32,000 nucleotides of DNA from Brevundimonas sp. G8 (GCF_902506205.1 NZ_LR732816.1:1283968-1315967), one strand, 5' to 3'. Shown: positions 1 through 8,811, numbered from the stretch's first letter. The notes: generated by a model from the letters alone, not told the origin. Numbers and translations are program-made.

Positions 1-169
1 TGTTGGCCTGCTGAGACGTCTCCAGGCGCTTGGCCGGGCCCGCGATCACTTCGGTGATGGCCTGGTTGAGGTTGCCCAGGCTGTAGATGCCAAGACCCGA
101 GATGCCGACGAGCAGCAGGATCATCATCCCGAAGCCTGCGGCCAATTTTGCTTTGATGGTAAAACGCAT
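1..169 (-). CDS. Methyl-accepting chemotaxis protein, N-terminal fragment (gene runs off the left edge)
   Basis: My own minus-strand translation from the ATG at 169-167 gives MRFTIKAKLAAGFGMMILLLVGISGLGIYSLGNLNQAITEVIAGPAKRLETSQQAN. That is a short N-terminus, a TM helix and the start of a periplasmic sensor, as in MCPs. A GGGGGA SD-like motif lies 7 nt upstream. The start is 23 nt downstream of the cheW stop. It is absent from the ORF track because it is truncated. Confidence 0.65.
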   Translation of the reverse strand, partial: MRFTIKAKLAAGFGMMILLLVGISGLGIYSLGNLNQAITEVIAGPAKRLETSQQAN

Positions 170-192
170 GGGCTGATCCCCCGATAAGCCGG

Positions 193-720
193 TCAATGAC
201 GGGTGGTGGACGCGACCGGCTGGCGGGCGTCCTGTTGCTGGTTGAAAATGGCCTGAAGGTCGGGAACGACGATGAACTCGCCGCCCCGCTTGACCAGGCA
301 TTGGATGAACTCGGGCCGCCAGCGCATGCCGACGCTGGGCGGCGCCTCTGAATCGGCGCGGGCCAGGGTGGTGACCTCGTGAACCTTGTCGGTGCGCAAA
401 CCCACCAGGGTCGGCTCGCCGCCCAGCACGATCTCGATGACCACGATGCGGCTGTCGATCGTCGCAGCGTGGGCCTCCAGGCCGAAGGCGACGCGCAAGT
501 CGGCCAACGGAATCACCTTGCCCCGGAAGTTGATCACGCTGCCAGCGAAGGCGCCGGCGCCGGGCACGGCGGTCTCGGCGACCAGGTCGGTGATTTCCTG
601 GACCAGGACGGCGCCCAGGGCGAACAGTTCGCCGTTCAGTTCGAAGGTCAGCACCTCGGCCTCGTCACCACCGGTCCAGGTCGCGGCCGTGGCCGTTGAT
701 TTCTCGACGGCGGCGGTCAT
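193..720 (-). CDS. cheW: Chemotaxis coupling protein CheW
   Basis: I trimmed track ORF 193..1077 to the internal ATG at 720-718 (MTAAVEKS...). The sequence is CheW-like throughout (LTFELNGELFALGAVLVQEI, INFRGKVIPLADLR, VVIEI..LVGLRTDKVHEV). The ATG overlaps the cheA TGA as ATGA at 717-720. Confidence 0.9.
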   Translation of the reverse strand: MTAAVEKSTATAATWTGGDEAEVLTFELNGELFALGAVLVQEITDLVAETAVPGAGAFAGSVINFRGKVIPLADLRVAFGLEAHAATIDSRIVVIEIVLGGEPTLVGLRTDKVHEVTTLARADSEAPPSVGMRWRPEFIQCLVKRGGEFIVVPDLQAIFNQQQDARQPVASTTRH

Positions 721-2705
721 ACGGCGGCTCGCATCTGCGCCTCCTGTTGCTGGCCCAGGGCGACCAGATGGCTGACGTCCAGGATGAGGGCGACGCTGCC
801 GTCGCCCAGAATGGTGGCGCCCGAGAAGGTCGCCAGACCGGCGTGCAGCTTGGACATCGACTTGATGACGGTCTGGTGGTCGCCGATGATCTGATCGACG
901 ACCAGACCGATACGTTCCTGGCCGGTCGAGACGACGACGACCTTCTGGTGCAACTCGGGCTGGGTCCCGGTGTCGAACATCTCGCGCAGACGCAGGAAGG
1001 GCACCAGACTGTCGCGCAGGGAGATGAAGCTGCGGCCGCGCGACCGCATGTCCTCGTCCAGCGATAGCTCCAGGCATTCCTCGACGGCGCCCAGCGGGAT
1101 GACATAGCGGCCTTGACCCACACGGACCAGCAGACCGTCGATGATGGCCAGGGTCAGCGGGATGCGCAACGACACCTCCGAACCTTCGCCCGGACGGCTG
1201 GCGATATCGATGGAGCCACGGAGGCTTTCGATGGTGCGCTTGACCACGTCCATGCCGACGCCGCGGCCCGACAGGTTGGTCACCGCCGCCGCCGTCGAGA
1301 AGCCGGGATGGAAGATCATCTGCAGCAGATCGTGATCGCTGAGCAAGGCGCCCGGCTCGATCAGACCTTGAGCTTCGGCCTTGGCGCGGACGCGGTCGCG
1401 ATCGATGCCCCGGCCGTCGTCGCGAATGGTGATGACGACCTCGCCACCCGATTGATGCGCCGACAGACGGATGCGGCCAGTCGCAGGCTTGCCGGCGGCG
1501 GCGCGATCCTCGGCCGTCTCAAGACCGTGGTCGGCGGCGTTGCGGATCAGGTGGACGAGAGGATCGGCCAGACGCTCGATCACCGTCTTGTCGATCTCGG
1601 TCGTCTCGCCGTCGGTCGACAGTTCGATGGCCTTGCCGGTCTCGCGCGCCAGGTCGTGGACCAGGCGGCGGAAGCGGCCGAACAGGGTGGCCACCGGCAC
1701 CATCCGCAGCACCATCATGGTGTCGCGCAGCTCGCCGGACAGGCGCTCGATCTCTTCGGACACGGCGCGCAAGGCGGTGTCCGTTCCCGAATGCGCGATT
1801 TGGCTCAGGCGCGACTGGGCGATGACCAGTTCGCCGACCCGATCCATAAGTTCGTCCAGCCGGTCGGCCGGCACCCGCACGCTTTCGGCGGTCTTCGCCA
1901 TCTTCGCTTCTACAGGATCGTTGGCGACCACAGCCGGCGTGGGAATGGAAGGGGTCGGCGCGCTGATCTCCGGCGCGACGGCCTGGACTACAGCGACAGG
2001 CGCCTCCGCCTGGGTGATCAGCGCGCTGTCATCCACCGCTTCGATCTTCAGGTTCATGTCGTCCATGACGAAGATGAAGACATCCTCGATCGCTGCACGC
2101 CCCTGGTCGGTCGTCAGAGTGACGTTCCAGGCGAGATAGTGATCGGTCGGCTCGATCTGGCTCAGCGGCGGAACATTCGTCGGGTCCGCGACGACACGCG
2201 CCTCGCCCAGGTCACGAAGCTCGTTCAGCAGCGCCAACGGGTTCGTGCCGTTCTTGAAGGCGTTCGACGGCAGGTCGAAACGGATGCGCCACGTCACCTG
2301 TTGGGGCGCGACGGGTACCGGCGCTGCGCCGTCCGCCTCCCGCACGGCCCGTTCCAGATCGGCCAGCAACACATCGCCGGCCGCGCCGTGATCACCCGAC
2401 GGATCCTCCATCAGGCGACGCATATGATCGCGCGCCGCCAGCACCGCCGAAACCAGGTCGGTCGTCGCAGCGACCTCTCCTTTGCGAACACGGTCGAACG
2501 CGGTCTCGCAATGGTGGGTAAAGCCGGCCAGGGCGTCGAAACCGAACATCGACCCCGACCCTTTCAGCGTATGCAGACCGCGAAAAACGGCATCGACCAG
2601 ATCGCGGTCCTCGGGGCGATCCAGCAGGTCCAGCAGACCCTGTTCGATCAACTCCAGGTTTTCTCTCGCCTCGACCTGAAAAACCGCGATGGCTTCGTCG
2701 CTCAT
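717..2705 (-). CDS. cheA: Chemotaxis histidine kinase CheA
   Basis: It has an HPt motif (FRGLHTLKGSGSMFGF), HATPase boxes (HLIRNAADHG, RDDGRGID, GRGVGMDVV) and a C-terminal CheW-like domain. I placed the start at ATG 2705-2703 (MSDEAIAVF...), which overlaps the cheY stop as ATGA. The 21 extra upstream codons in the track ORF overlap cheY. Confidence 0.95.
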   Translation of the reverse strand: MSDEAIAVFQVEARENLELIEQGLLDLLDRPEDRDLVDAVFRGLHTLKGSGSMFGFDALAGFTHHCETAFDRVRKGEVAATTDLVSAVLAARDHMRRLMEDPSGDHGAAGDVLLADLERAVREADGAAPVPVAPQQVTWRIRFDLPSNAFKNGTNPLALLNELRDLGEARVVADPTNVPPLSQIEPTDHYLAWNVTLTTDQGRAAIEDVFIFVMDDMNLKIEAVDDSALITQAEAPVAVVQAVAPEISAPTPSIPTPAVVANDPVEAKMAKTAESVRVPADRLDELMDRVGELVIAQSRLSQIAHSGTDTALRAVSEEIERLSGELRDTMMVLRMVPVATLFGRFRRLVHDLARETGKAIELSTDGETTEIDKTVIERLADPLVHLIRNAADHGLETAEDRAAAGKPATGRIRLSAHQSGGEVVITIRDDGRGIDRDRVRAKAEAQGLIEPGALLSDHDLLQMIFHPGFSTAAAVTNLSGRGVGMDVVKRTIESLRGSIDIASRPGEGSEVSLRIPLTLAIIDGLLVRVGQGRYVIPLGAVEECLELSLDEDMRSRGRSFISLRDSLVPFLRLREMFDTGTQPELHQKVVVVSTGQERIGLVVDQIIGDHQTVIKSMSKLHAGLATFSGATILGDGSVALILDVSHLVALGQQQEAQMRAAV

Positions 2706-3070
2706 CGACCCAGAACCTTCTTGGCGATGCGCACCAGCTGGTCGGGGTCGAAGGGTTTGGTCAGCCATCCGGTGGCCCCGGCCGCCTTGGCGCGAGCCTT
2801 CATCGCCTCGTCGGATTCGGTGGTCAAAAAGACGATCGGCACCCCCATCTGATCGGGCATGCGGCGCATCTCCTCGATCATGGTCAGGCCGTCCATCACC
2901 GGCATGTTCAGATCCGTGATGATCAGATCGAAGGCGCTGGCCTTGGCCTTCTCGATACCCTCGGCGCCATTGCCGGCCTCGGCCACTGAATAGCCGGCGT
3001 TGGTCAGCGCGATCTTCAGCGCGACGCGGATGCTGGGCGAGTCATCGACCGTTAGAATCGAAGCCGTCAT
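2702..3070 (-). CDS. cheY: Chemotaxis response regulator CheY (single REC domain)
   Basis: The 122-aa product starts at ATG 3070-3068 (MTASILTVDDSPSIR...). REC signature residues are present: DD, ITDLNMP, LTTES, TKPF. The start overlaps the upstream STAS gene stop as ATGA. Confidence 0.9.
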   Translation of the reverse strand: MTASILTVDDSPSIRVALKIALTNAGYSVAEAGNGAEGIEKAKASAFDLIITDLNMPVMDGLTMIEEMRRMPDQMGVPIVFLTTESDEAMKARAKAAGATGWLTKPFDPDQLVRIAKKVLGR

Positions 3071-3375
3071 TGGGCGGTTCCTTGATGAAGCCAGAACTGG
3101 AGGTCGTCGGAAGAGGGCTCGGTCAGGAAGCCGGCGGCGTCGAGAACGGTGCGAAACTCCGTACACGGACGTTCGAGGGACAGCGTCTTGCCGACCGCTC
3201 GCGCATGTCGTCGTGCGGACTCGATCAACTGTAGCCCGCACAGATCCACGGCCTGACCCTCGACCAGATCGAGGGTGATCGTGTCCGCCTCTTCGAAGGC
3301 GTCGAGGATGGATTGGCGGATGACGGCGACGTTCTTCACCACAAGGGCGGCGTCTATCATCAAGCGCTTTGTCAT
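3067..3375 (-). CDS. Small STAS-domain protein, first gene of the che operon (same position as CheS/CheX of other alphaproteobacterial che operons)
   Basis: The 102-aa product MTKRLMIDAALVVKNVAVIRQSILDAFEEADTITLDLVEGQAVDLCGLQLIESARRHA... has an anti-sigma-antagonist/STAS-like pattern. A strong SD (GGAGGGGGAG) lies 6 nt upstream of the ATG at 3375. Equivalence to CheS/CheX is inferred from gene order only. Confidence 0.65.
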   Translation of the reverse strand: MTKRLMIDAALVVKNVAVIRQSILDAFEEADTITLDLVEGQAVDLCGLQLIESARRHARAVGKTLSLERPCTEFRTVLDAAGFLTEPSSDDLQFWLHQGTAQ

Positions 3376-3435
3376 GACCGGCTCCCCCTCCGTGGCGTAC
3401 TGCCTCGGGACTGAGCCTTAGGGTTGACGATAGCC

Positions 3436-3451
3436 GTTAAACTGCCTTCAA
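3436..3451 (-). promoter_or_regulatory. Candidate CtrA-box-like motif upstream of the che operon
   Basis: The minus strand reads TTGA-AGGCAGT-TTAAC. The CtrA consensus is TTAA-N7-TTAAC, so there is one mismatch. It lies 61 nt upstream of the STAS start codon. This is a motif match only. Confidence 0.25.
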
Positions 3452-3575
3452 AAGCCGCATAGGGGAATCTACCTAGCTTGACCATAAGCAACTGGTGGCT
3501 GTCGGATTCACTTCCACTTCACCTCCTCCGTCTAGGGATGAAGCCTCAGCAGAACGGCTGAGCGGGAGGCCCGGA

Positions 3576-5438
3576 TTGATCGACGTCGGCGCACATGCGG
3601 CAACGCCCTATGAGGGCGATCTCTTCCATGCCCAGATTGCGGACGCCTCTCCCGCCTATATCTGGCTGCTCAATCCATCGGGGCGGATCGTCCATGTGAA
3701 CCTGGCGGCGAGGCGCTTTCAGCCCGACCCGCCCGTTGCGCACACAATGGCATGGCGAGACGCCTGGCCGGCCGATTGCCGCTTCTCGATCGATCGCGGC
3801 GTCAACGAAGCCCAGGCCGGCCGGCCCTTCGCCTTCCGCACCCGTTTTCCGGCGACACAGGTTTCAGGCGTCTATCTCGACACCACCATCAGCGCCGTGC
3901 GCGACGACACGGGTCGCATCGTGCGCCTTCTGGTCAAGGCCGAGGACGTGACGGCCGAAACGGAATCCGCCGCCTTCCTGAACACGGTCATCGACGTCCT
4001 CCCCCTGGCGCTGACGGTCAAGGACGCCCGGACCGGACGCTATATCCTGGCCAATCGCTCGGCCGAAAAGCTGTTCGGAAAGTTCGAGGGCCTGACCGGG
4101 TTGAGGGCCGCCGACGTCCTGCCGGCCGCCTTCGCCGAATGGTCGGCCGATGCGGCGCTCGGCATGGGTTTGCAGTCCGCCGTCCATGAGGATCAGGCTC
4201 CCAGCGGCGTCCGCTATCTGTCCGCCACCAAGGTCGCGACCTATGACGACGAGGGCGTTCGGCACCTGATCGGCCTGACGCAGGACGTCACTCAGAAACA
4301 GAAAGATGCGGACGCGTTGAAGCTGGCGCTGGAACAGGCCGAGTTGGCCAGTCAGGCCCGCAGCGCCTTCATCAGCAACATCAGCCACGAGGTTCGCACG
4401 CCCTTGAACGGCGTGGTGGCCGGGGTGGATTTGCTCTCCGGGCGATCCGAAACCACCGACTTGGCCGAGGTAACAGCGATGATCCGCACGTCGGCGGCGG
4501 CGCTTCAGGACCGTTTCCAGCAGTTGTTGTCCATCTCCGACCTCGATGGCTCTGCCGCCGCGCCACACTTCGAGACCTTCGACCTCGCCCCGGTGGTGGA
4601 CCGTATCGTTCAGCCGCATCGGGCCACGGCCGAAGCCAAGGGCCTGACGATGATCATCGAGATCTCGTCTAACCTCCCTGCAGCCTTCATCGGCGACGCG
4701 GAAAGACTGGTGCGCGCGCTGACGCCTCTAGTGCACAACGCCGTCAAATTCACCGACAAGGGCGAGGTCCGCCTGACGGTCAGTTCCGAGACGGGCGACA
4801 TGGTTCGCTTCGCCTGTATCGACACAGGTGTAGGCTTCGATCCCCATGCAAAGGACGCCCTGTTCGGCGCCTTCCGTCAGCAGGACGACACCCTGACTCG
4901 CAAGTTCGGCGGCATGGGCCTGGGTCTTGCTCTGGCGCGAGAGAAGGCGCGCCTGCTCGGCGGAACCGTGGAGGCTGAGGCGCGCGCGGGCGGCGGCTCG
5001 ATCTTCTGGCTGGACGTGCCGCTGTCGCCTGCGCCGGTGGAAGCGCCCACGGGTGTCGAGGCCCTGGTCAAGGTTCTGGTGGCCGACGATCACCCCACCA
5101 ATCGGCGCATCGTCGAAATCATGCTGGAAGGAATGGCGGAGGTCACCCTGGCCGAAGACGGTGTCGAGGCGCTGGAGGCGGCCGGACGCGAGCGGTTCGA
5201 CGTCATACTGATGGACATCCAGATGCCCCGCATGGATGGGATCACAGCGGTCGCGCACATTCGCGAAGCCGAGCGTGCTGCGGACCTCGCTCCCGTTCCG
5301 GTCATCATGCTGACGGCCAACACCCAACCCGAGCATGTCGCGGCCGCCAGGCAGGCCGGCGCCGACCGCCACGTCGGAAAGCCGTTCACCTCCGCCCTTC
5401 TGCTCAGCGAAATCCAGTCCGTTCTCGCAAGGATTTGA
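3576..5438 (+). CDS. Cytoplasmic PAS-domain hybrid sensor histidine kinase / response regulator
   Basis: It has an H-box (FISNISHEVRTPLNG), an HATPase region (HNAVKFT, DTGVGF, GGMGLGLALA) and a C-terminal REC domain (VLVADDHPTNR, ILMDIQMPRMDG, GKPF). I saw no TM helix. The track ORF starts at GTG 3495, but about half of its first 27 codons end in G/C (hand count). From TTG 3576 about three quarters do. TTG 3576 is preceded by GGGAGG at a 5-nt spacing, and a TTGACC -35-like hexamer sits at 3478-3483. The start codon therefore remains uncertain between 3495 and 3576. Confidence 0.88.
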   Translation: MIDVGAHAATPYEGDLFHAQIADASPAYIWLLNPSGRIVHVNLAARRFQPDPPVAHTMAWRDAWPADCRFSIDRGVNEAQAGRPFAFRTRFPATQVSGVYLDTTISAVRDDTGRIVRLLVKAEDVTAETESAAFLNTVIDVLPLALTVKDARTGRYILANRSAEKLFGKFEGLTGLRAADVLPAAFAEWSADAALGMGLQSAVHEDQAPSGVRYLSATKVATYDDEGVRHLIGLTQDVTQKQKDADALKLALEQAELASQARSAFISNISHEVRTPLNGVVAGVDLLSGRSETTDLAEVTAMIRTSAAALQDRFQQLLSISDLDGSAAAPHFETFDLAPVVDRIVQPHRATAEAKGLTMIIEISSNLPAAFIGDAERLVRALTPLVHNAVKFTDKGEVRLTVSSETGDMVRFACIDTGVGFDPHAKDALFGAFRQQDDTLTRKFGGMGLGLALAREKARLLGGTVEAEARAGGGSIFWLDVPLSPAPVEAPTGVEALVKVLVADDHPTNRRIVEIMLEGMAEVTLAEDGVEALEAAGRERFDVILMDIQMPRMDGITAVAHIREAERAADLAPVPVIMLTANTQPEHVAAARQAGADRHVGKPFTSALLLSEIQSVLARI

Positions 5439-5505
5439 ACCCGGGCGCATCGGGTCAACGGCCTTTCGGTCAAACTTCAGCCTGCGACCTCTTGACCTTT
5501 CGTGA

Positions 5506-5520
5506 TGTTATCTCATAACA
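5506..5520 (+). promoter_or_regulatory. Zur-box-like palindrome TGTTAT-CTC-ATAACA overlapping the TonB-dependent receptor promoter
   Basis: This is a perfect 6-3-6 palindrome. It matches the core of the proteobacterial Zur box (TGTTAT-N3-ATAACA inside GAAATGTTATAWTATAACATTTC, recalled from memory). It lies 8 nt downstream of a TTGACC -35-like hexamer (5492-5497) and 31 nt upstream of the ATG at 5551. Confidence 0.5.
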
Positions 5521-5550
5521 CAACGGCTTCACTCCCCGAAGGTCACTGTC

Positions 5551-7584
5551 ATGCGTCCCTCTTCCGTCTCGCGCTCGCTCCTTCTGGCGGCCGTCGGTTC
5601 CACCGTTCTGGCCGGCGCCGCAGCCGCCCAATCGACGACCACCACCCCCGCCACGCTCGACGACATCGTCGTCACGGGCGCGCCCTACGGCATCAGCCAG
5701 CGGGCCTCGGTGATCGCGACAGACGTGGTGGATGAGCAGACCCTGGCCACCGCGCCGGCCACGTCCCTGGGCGACTTGCTGAACGGCCGTCCCGGCGTCC
5801 GCTCCACCGACTTTGCGCCTGGCGCCAGCCGTCCGGTCATTCGCGGGCTCAGCGGGCCGCGCGTTCAGGTGCTGACCAACGGTATCGGCCTGATCGACGC
5901 CAGTTCGGTGTCGCCCGACCACGCCGTCGCGACCGACCCGGCCGAGGCCAACCGCATCGAGATCATTCGTGGCCCCGCAACTCTGGTCTATGGCGGTTCG
6001 GCCATCGGCGGCGTGGTCAATGTTCTGGACAACCGCATCCCGACCGAAATCCCCGAGGGCGGCATCTCTGGCGTCGTCTCGACCCAGGCCTCCAGCGTCG
6101 ATGACGGCCGCAGCGCCTTTGGCCGCGTCACGGTCGGCAGCGGTCATTTCGCCTTCAACGTCGATGGCGTGAAGCGCAAGAGCGACGACTACGACATTCC
6201 GGCCCCGGCCATTTCCGCCAGACGCTCCGCCGCCGAAGGCATCGCGCGCGGCGACGGCGGCACTCAGCCCAACAGCTATAGCGACCTGGAAGCCTGGGGC
6301 GTCGGCGGATCCTACATCGGCGACAAGGGCTTCGCCGGCGTCTCCTACAAGAACACCGACAGCGAATACGGCACGGTCGCGGAAGAGTCCGTCTTCATCA
6401 AACTGAACCAGAAGCGCTGGGACGCGCGCGGCGAATACCGCTTCGACGCCGGTCCCTTCGCCGCCCTTCGCGGCTCCTACGGTCATGCCGACTACACCCA
6501 CACCGAGTTCGAGGCGGTGGGCGAGCCTGGCACGATCTTCAACTCGGACGGCTGGGAAGGCCGGGCGGACCTCGTTCAACGCGAGCGCAACGGCTGGAAC
6601 GGCGCTGTCGGGGTGCAGGCCCTGTCGCGCAACTTCGAAGCCATCGGCGAGGAAGCCTTCGTCCCGACCGTCGATATCGACGAACTGGGGATCTACACGG
6701 TCCAGCGACTGGACCGTGGCAACCACGGCTTCGAGGGCGGCCTGCGCTATGACCGGCGCGAACTGAGCGCCACGCCCATCGGCGGGACCAGCCAAGTGAA
6801 CCGCGAATTCGACAACTGGTCCGCTTCGGCCGCCGCCTTCATCCGTCCGGCGACCGGCCTGTTTCTGGGCCTCAGCCTGGCCCACAACGAACGCGCGCCC
6901 AGCGAGGTCGAACTGTTCGCTGACGGCGTTCACATCGCGACCGCCGCCTATGAAACTGGCGACCTGAATCTGAACTCCGAAAAGGTCACGACGGTCGAGG
7001 GTACCGCCCACTACAATCGCGGCCGTTTCACCGGCGACCTGCACGTCTATCACTCGTGGTACGACGGCTTCATCGACGAGCGGCCGACAGGCGAAGAATT
7101 TCTCTTCGAGGAGGAGAACGAGACCTTCCCCGTCTATCGCTTCGTCCAGACAGACGCGAAATTCTACGGCTTCGAGCTCGAAGGCGCCTACGCCCTGTGG
7201 CAGGACGGCGACCGCAAACTGTCGCTGGAAGGCGCTGCGGACTATGTCCACGCCCAGACCGACTTCGGCCCGGCCGCGCGGATCCCGCCCTATTCCGTCA
7301 CCGGCCGCCTGGCCTGGACCTCGACCCGCTTCGACATCAGCGGCGAGGTTCGTCACGTCGGCGAACAGGACCGTGTCGCCAACGCCTTCGAACTGCCGAC
7401 CGACGACTACATTTTAGTGAACGCCTCCGTGGCGGTGCGGCCCTTCAACCAGCAGAACGTGACCCTGTTCGCCGAGGCGCGGAACCTGACCGACGAGGAA
7501 GCGCGCGAGCATGTGTCCTTCCTCAAGGACATCGCCCCGCTTCCAGGCCGTAACCTGCGTGTCGGCGTCGCCTACCGCTTCTGA
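5551..7584 (+). CDS. TonB-dependent outer-membrane receptor, probably metal (zinc)-regulated
   Basis: The 677-aa product has a signal peptide (LLLAAVGSTVLAGAAAAQS) and a TonB-box/plug region (LDDIVVTG, RPVIRGL, IEIIRGPATLVYG). The C-terminal barrel ends in GVAYRF. The link to zinc rests only on the upstream Zur-like box. Confidence 0.92.
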   Translation: MRPSSVSRSLLLAAVGSTVLAGAAAAQSTTTTPATLDDIVVTGAPYGISQRASVIATDVVDEQTLATAPATSLGDLLNGRPGVRSTDFAPGASRPVIRGLSGPRVQVLTNGIGLIDASSVSPDHAVATDPAEANRIEIIRGPATLVYGGSAIGGVVNVLDNRIPTEIPEGGISGVVSTQASSVDDGRSAFGRVTVGSGHFAFNVDGVKRKSDDYDIPAPAISARRSAAEGIARGDGGTQPNSYSDLEAWGVGGSYIGDKGFAGVSYKNTDSEYGTVAEESVFIKLNQKRWDARGEYRFDAGPFAALRGSYGHADYTHTEFEAVGEPGTIFNSDGWEGRADLVQRERNGWNGAVGVQALSRNFEAIGEEAFVPTVDIDELGIYTVQRLDRGNHGFEGGLRYDRRELSATPIGGTSQVNREFDNWSASAAAFIRPATGLFLGLSLAHNERAPSEVELFADGVHIATAAYETGDLNLNSEKVTTVEGTAHYNRGRFTGDLHVYHSWYDGFIDERPTGEEFLFEEENETFPVYRFVQTDAKFYGFELEGAYALWQDGDRKLSLEGAADYVHAQTDFGPAARIPPYSVTGRLAWTSTRFDISGEVRHVGEQDRVANAFELPTDDYILVNASVAVRPFNQQNVTLFAEARNLTDEEAREHVSFLKDIAPLPGRNLRVGVAYRF

Positions 7585-7596
7585 CGTCAGAGACAC

Positions 7597-7626
7597 CCGA
7601 TGGGCGGCGATCGTTCCGCCCATCGG
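7597..7626. terminator. Hairpin between the convergent TBDR and dedA genes (candidate bidirectional terminator)
   Basis: CCGATGGGCGG-cgatcgtt-CCGCCCATCGG forms a perfect 11-bp stem with an 8-nt loop. It lies 13 nt after the TBDR stop and 16 nt after the dedA stop. There is no strong U-tract on either side. Confidence 0.55.
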
Positions 7627-7641
7627 ATTGGGGCTGGACCG

Positions 7642-8217
7642 TCAGACGACCTCGACCGAACGTTTGCGATTCAATCTACGCCATACCCAGATGCCGACGA
7701 GCAGCACGACCGCGCAGACAACGACGGCCGTCAGATGAATATGGACAGGCAGCCTCCCGAAAAGCCGCTCGATCCCTGTGCCAAAAACGTAGCCCAAACC
7801 AACGAAGACCGTCGCCCAGATCAGCGCGCCGACGACATTCAGCAGGGCGAACCTGAGCGCCGCCACGGTCGACGTCCCCAGCACCAGCGGCGTCAAAGAC
7901 CGCAAGCCGAACAGAAACCTGAAACTCAGCGCCAGCTTGATCGGATGTCGCGCGAGCCCCTGCGCCACGCGGCCATAGGCTGGCTTCGCGGTCACGCGTC
8001 GCACCCACGCCATCTCGCGCAGATAACGACCGGCGAAAAACAACACCTGTCCCTGAACCAGCGAGCCGCCGAACACCGCAAGACCGACCTGCCACAGCGG
8101 CAGCATCCCACGATGCGCCATCGCCCCACCCGCTACGGCCACGGCCTCGCCTTCGGTCCCTGAACCGACAAACAGAAAGAGCGGACCCACCTGACCGACA
8201 AGCGCTTCAAACGACAT
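7642..8217 (-). CDS. DedA/SNARE-associated family inner-membrane protein
   Basis: The 191-aa polytopic protein has the typical DedA pattern (FVGSGTEGEAVAVAGG, LFFAGRY, RFLFGLRSLTPLVLG). Confidence 0.82.
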   Translation of the reverse strand: MSFEALVGQVGPLFLFVGSGTEGEAVAVAGGAMAHRGMLPLWQVGLAVFGGSLVQGQVLFFAGRYLREMAWVRRVTAKPAYGRVAQGLARHPIKLALSFRFLFGLRSLTPLVLGTSTVAALRFALLNVVGALIWATVFVGLGYVFGTGIERLFGRLPVHIHLTAVVVCAVVLLVGIWVWRRLNRKRSVEVV

Positions 8218-8460
8218 GGCGAAACCCCTTGTCAGGCGAGGCCGACTCTATGAGCACAGCCGTCAATTAGACCGCGACGATGCCTTACATCCCCATTTCC
8301 ACCAACCTTCGAACAGCACACCTCTAATCCACAACGCATCCTGGATTGGAGGCTTCAAGGAAGTCTTCGCCAAGCCATTGCAAAGCAGCGGACGACCGTT
8401 GGTGGTTCAGAATTGGGTGCAGACTCGCGAACAGTTTGATGGCTAGCGCGTTGCTGCACG

Positions 8461-8622
8461 ATGACGGAAAAAGAACCACGCCGAACCCCCATTGGCTACG
8501 AGGACGGTCCCGACAAGCCGACCAGAGGCGCCTTTCGCATCATCGTGCTCGCCATCGGTGTTGCCGCCGTGGTCTGCCTTGGGCTTATCGCAGCCGTGGT
8601 TTTGCGTGGCGGCGGAATCTGA
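8461..8622 (+). CDS. Candidate small single-pass membrane protein (53 aa), hypothetical
   Basis: My own translation gives MTEKEPRRTPIGYEDGPDKPTRGAFRIIVLAIGVAAVVCLGLIAAVVLRGGGI, with a clear 23-residue hydrophobic helix. It is below the track's length cutoff. Third-position GC is only intermediate and there is no convincing SD, so support is weak. Confidence 0.3.
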   Translation: MTEKEPRRTPIGYEDGPDKPTRGAFRIIVLAIGVAAVVCLGLIAAVVLRGGGI

Positions 8623-8734
8623 CAGCGAAGTTCAGAGCGCCTCATTTTGTCGCTCAGGAAATGACGCCAACTTCGCCGCGCGCATCGACCGCCCGGAATC
8701 TGATCAGATAAATAGTGGCGTCCAATCCATTGTC

Positions 8735-8771
8735 GACCGCATTTTCCAGCAGCCTGTTGGAAAATGCGGTC
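8735..8771. repeat. 37-nt near-perfect palindrome (18-nt arms), function unknown
   Basis: The sequence is GACCGCATTTTCCAGCAG-C-CTGTTGGAAAATGCGGTC. The only non-Watson-Crick position, 8749/8757, is G.T, which would be a G.U wobble in a plus-strand RNA. No U-tract follows on either strand. Confidence 0.8.
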
Positions 8772-8811
8772 AAGCCCGCCTACCACCGTGCGAACCGTGT
8801 TGAAGGCTAAG

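Noticed and set aside
193-1077. N-terminal extensions of track ORFs: cheW to 1077, cheA to 2768, cheY to 3241, pectinesterase to 24600, FecR to 28893, and the His-rich ORF to 15214.
   Set aside because: The extensions overlap the preceding gene and translate to Arg/Pro-rich nonsense. Internal ATGs with an SD and/or ATGA coupling give canonical-length proteins.
1113-2852. Very long ORFs antisense to real genes: 1113..2852 opposite cheA, 5470..7356 opposite the TBDR, 9445..12090 opposite czcA, 18613..20532 opposite asnO, 21499..22692 opposite the SLC13 gene, 3864..4619 opposite the kinase, and many shorter ones.
   Set aside because: These are typical shadow ORFs of a high-GC genome. Their translations are Arg/Gly/Asp/His-rich and low in complexity, with no recognisable domains. 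The opposite strand encodes clearly recognisable proteins with strong third-position GC bias.
8216-8446. A 76-aa plus-strand ORF starting back-to-back with dedA, and the ORFs 8346..8711, 8492..8803 and 8496..8864 in the orphan spacer.
   Set aside because: Third-position GC is near 50-55% and there is no SD. The translations are hydrophilic and low in complexity with no recognisable fold. One of them runs into czcA.
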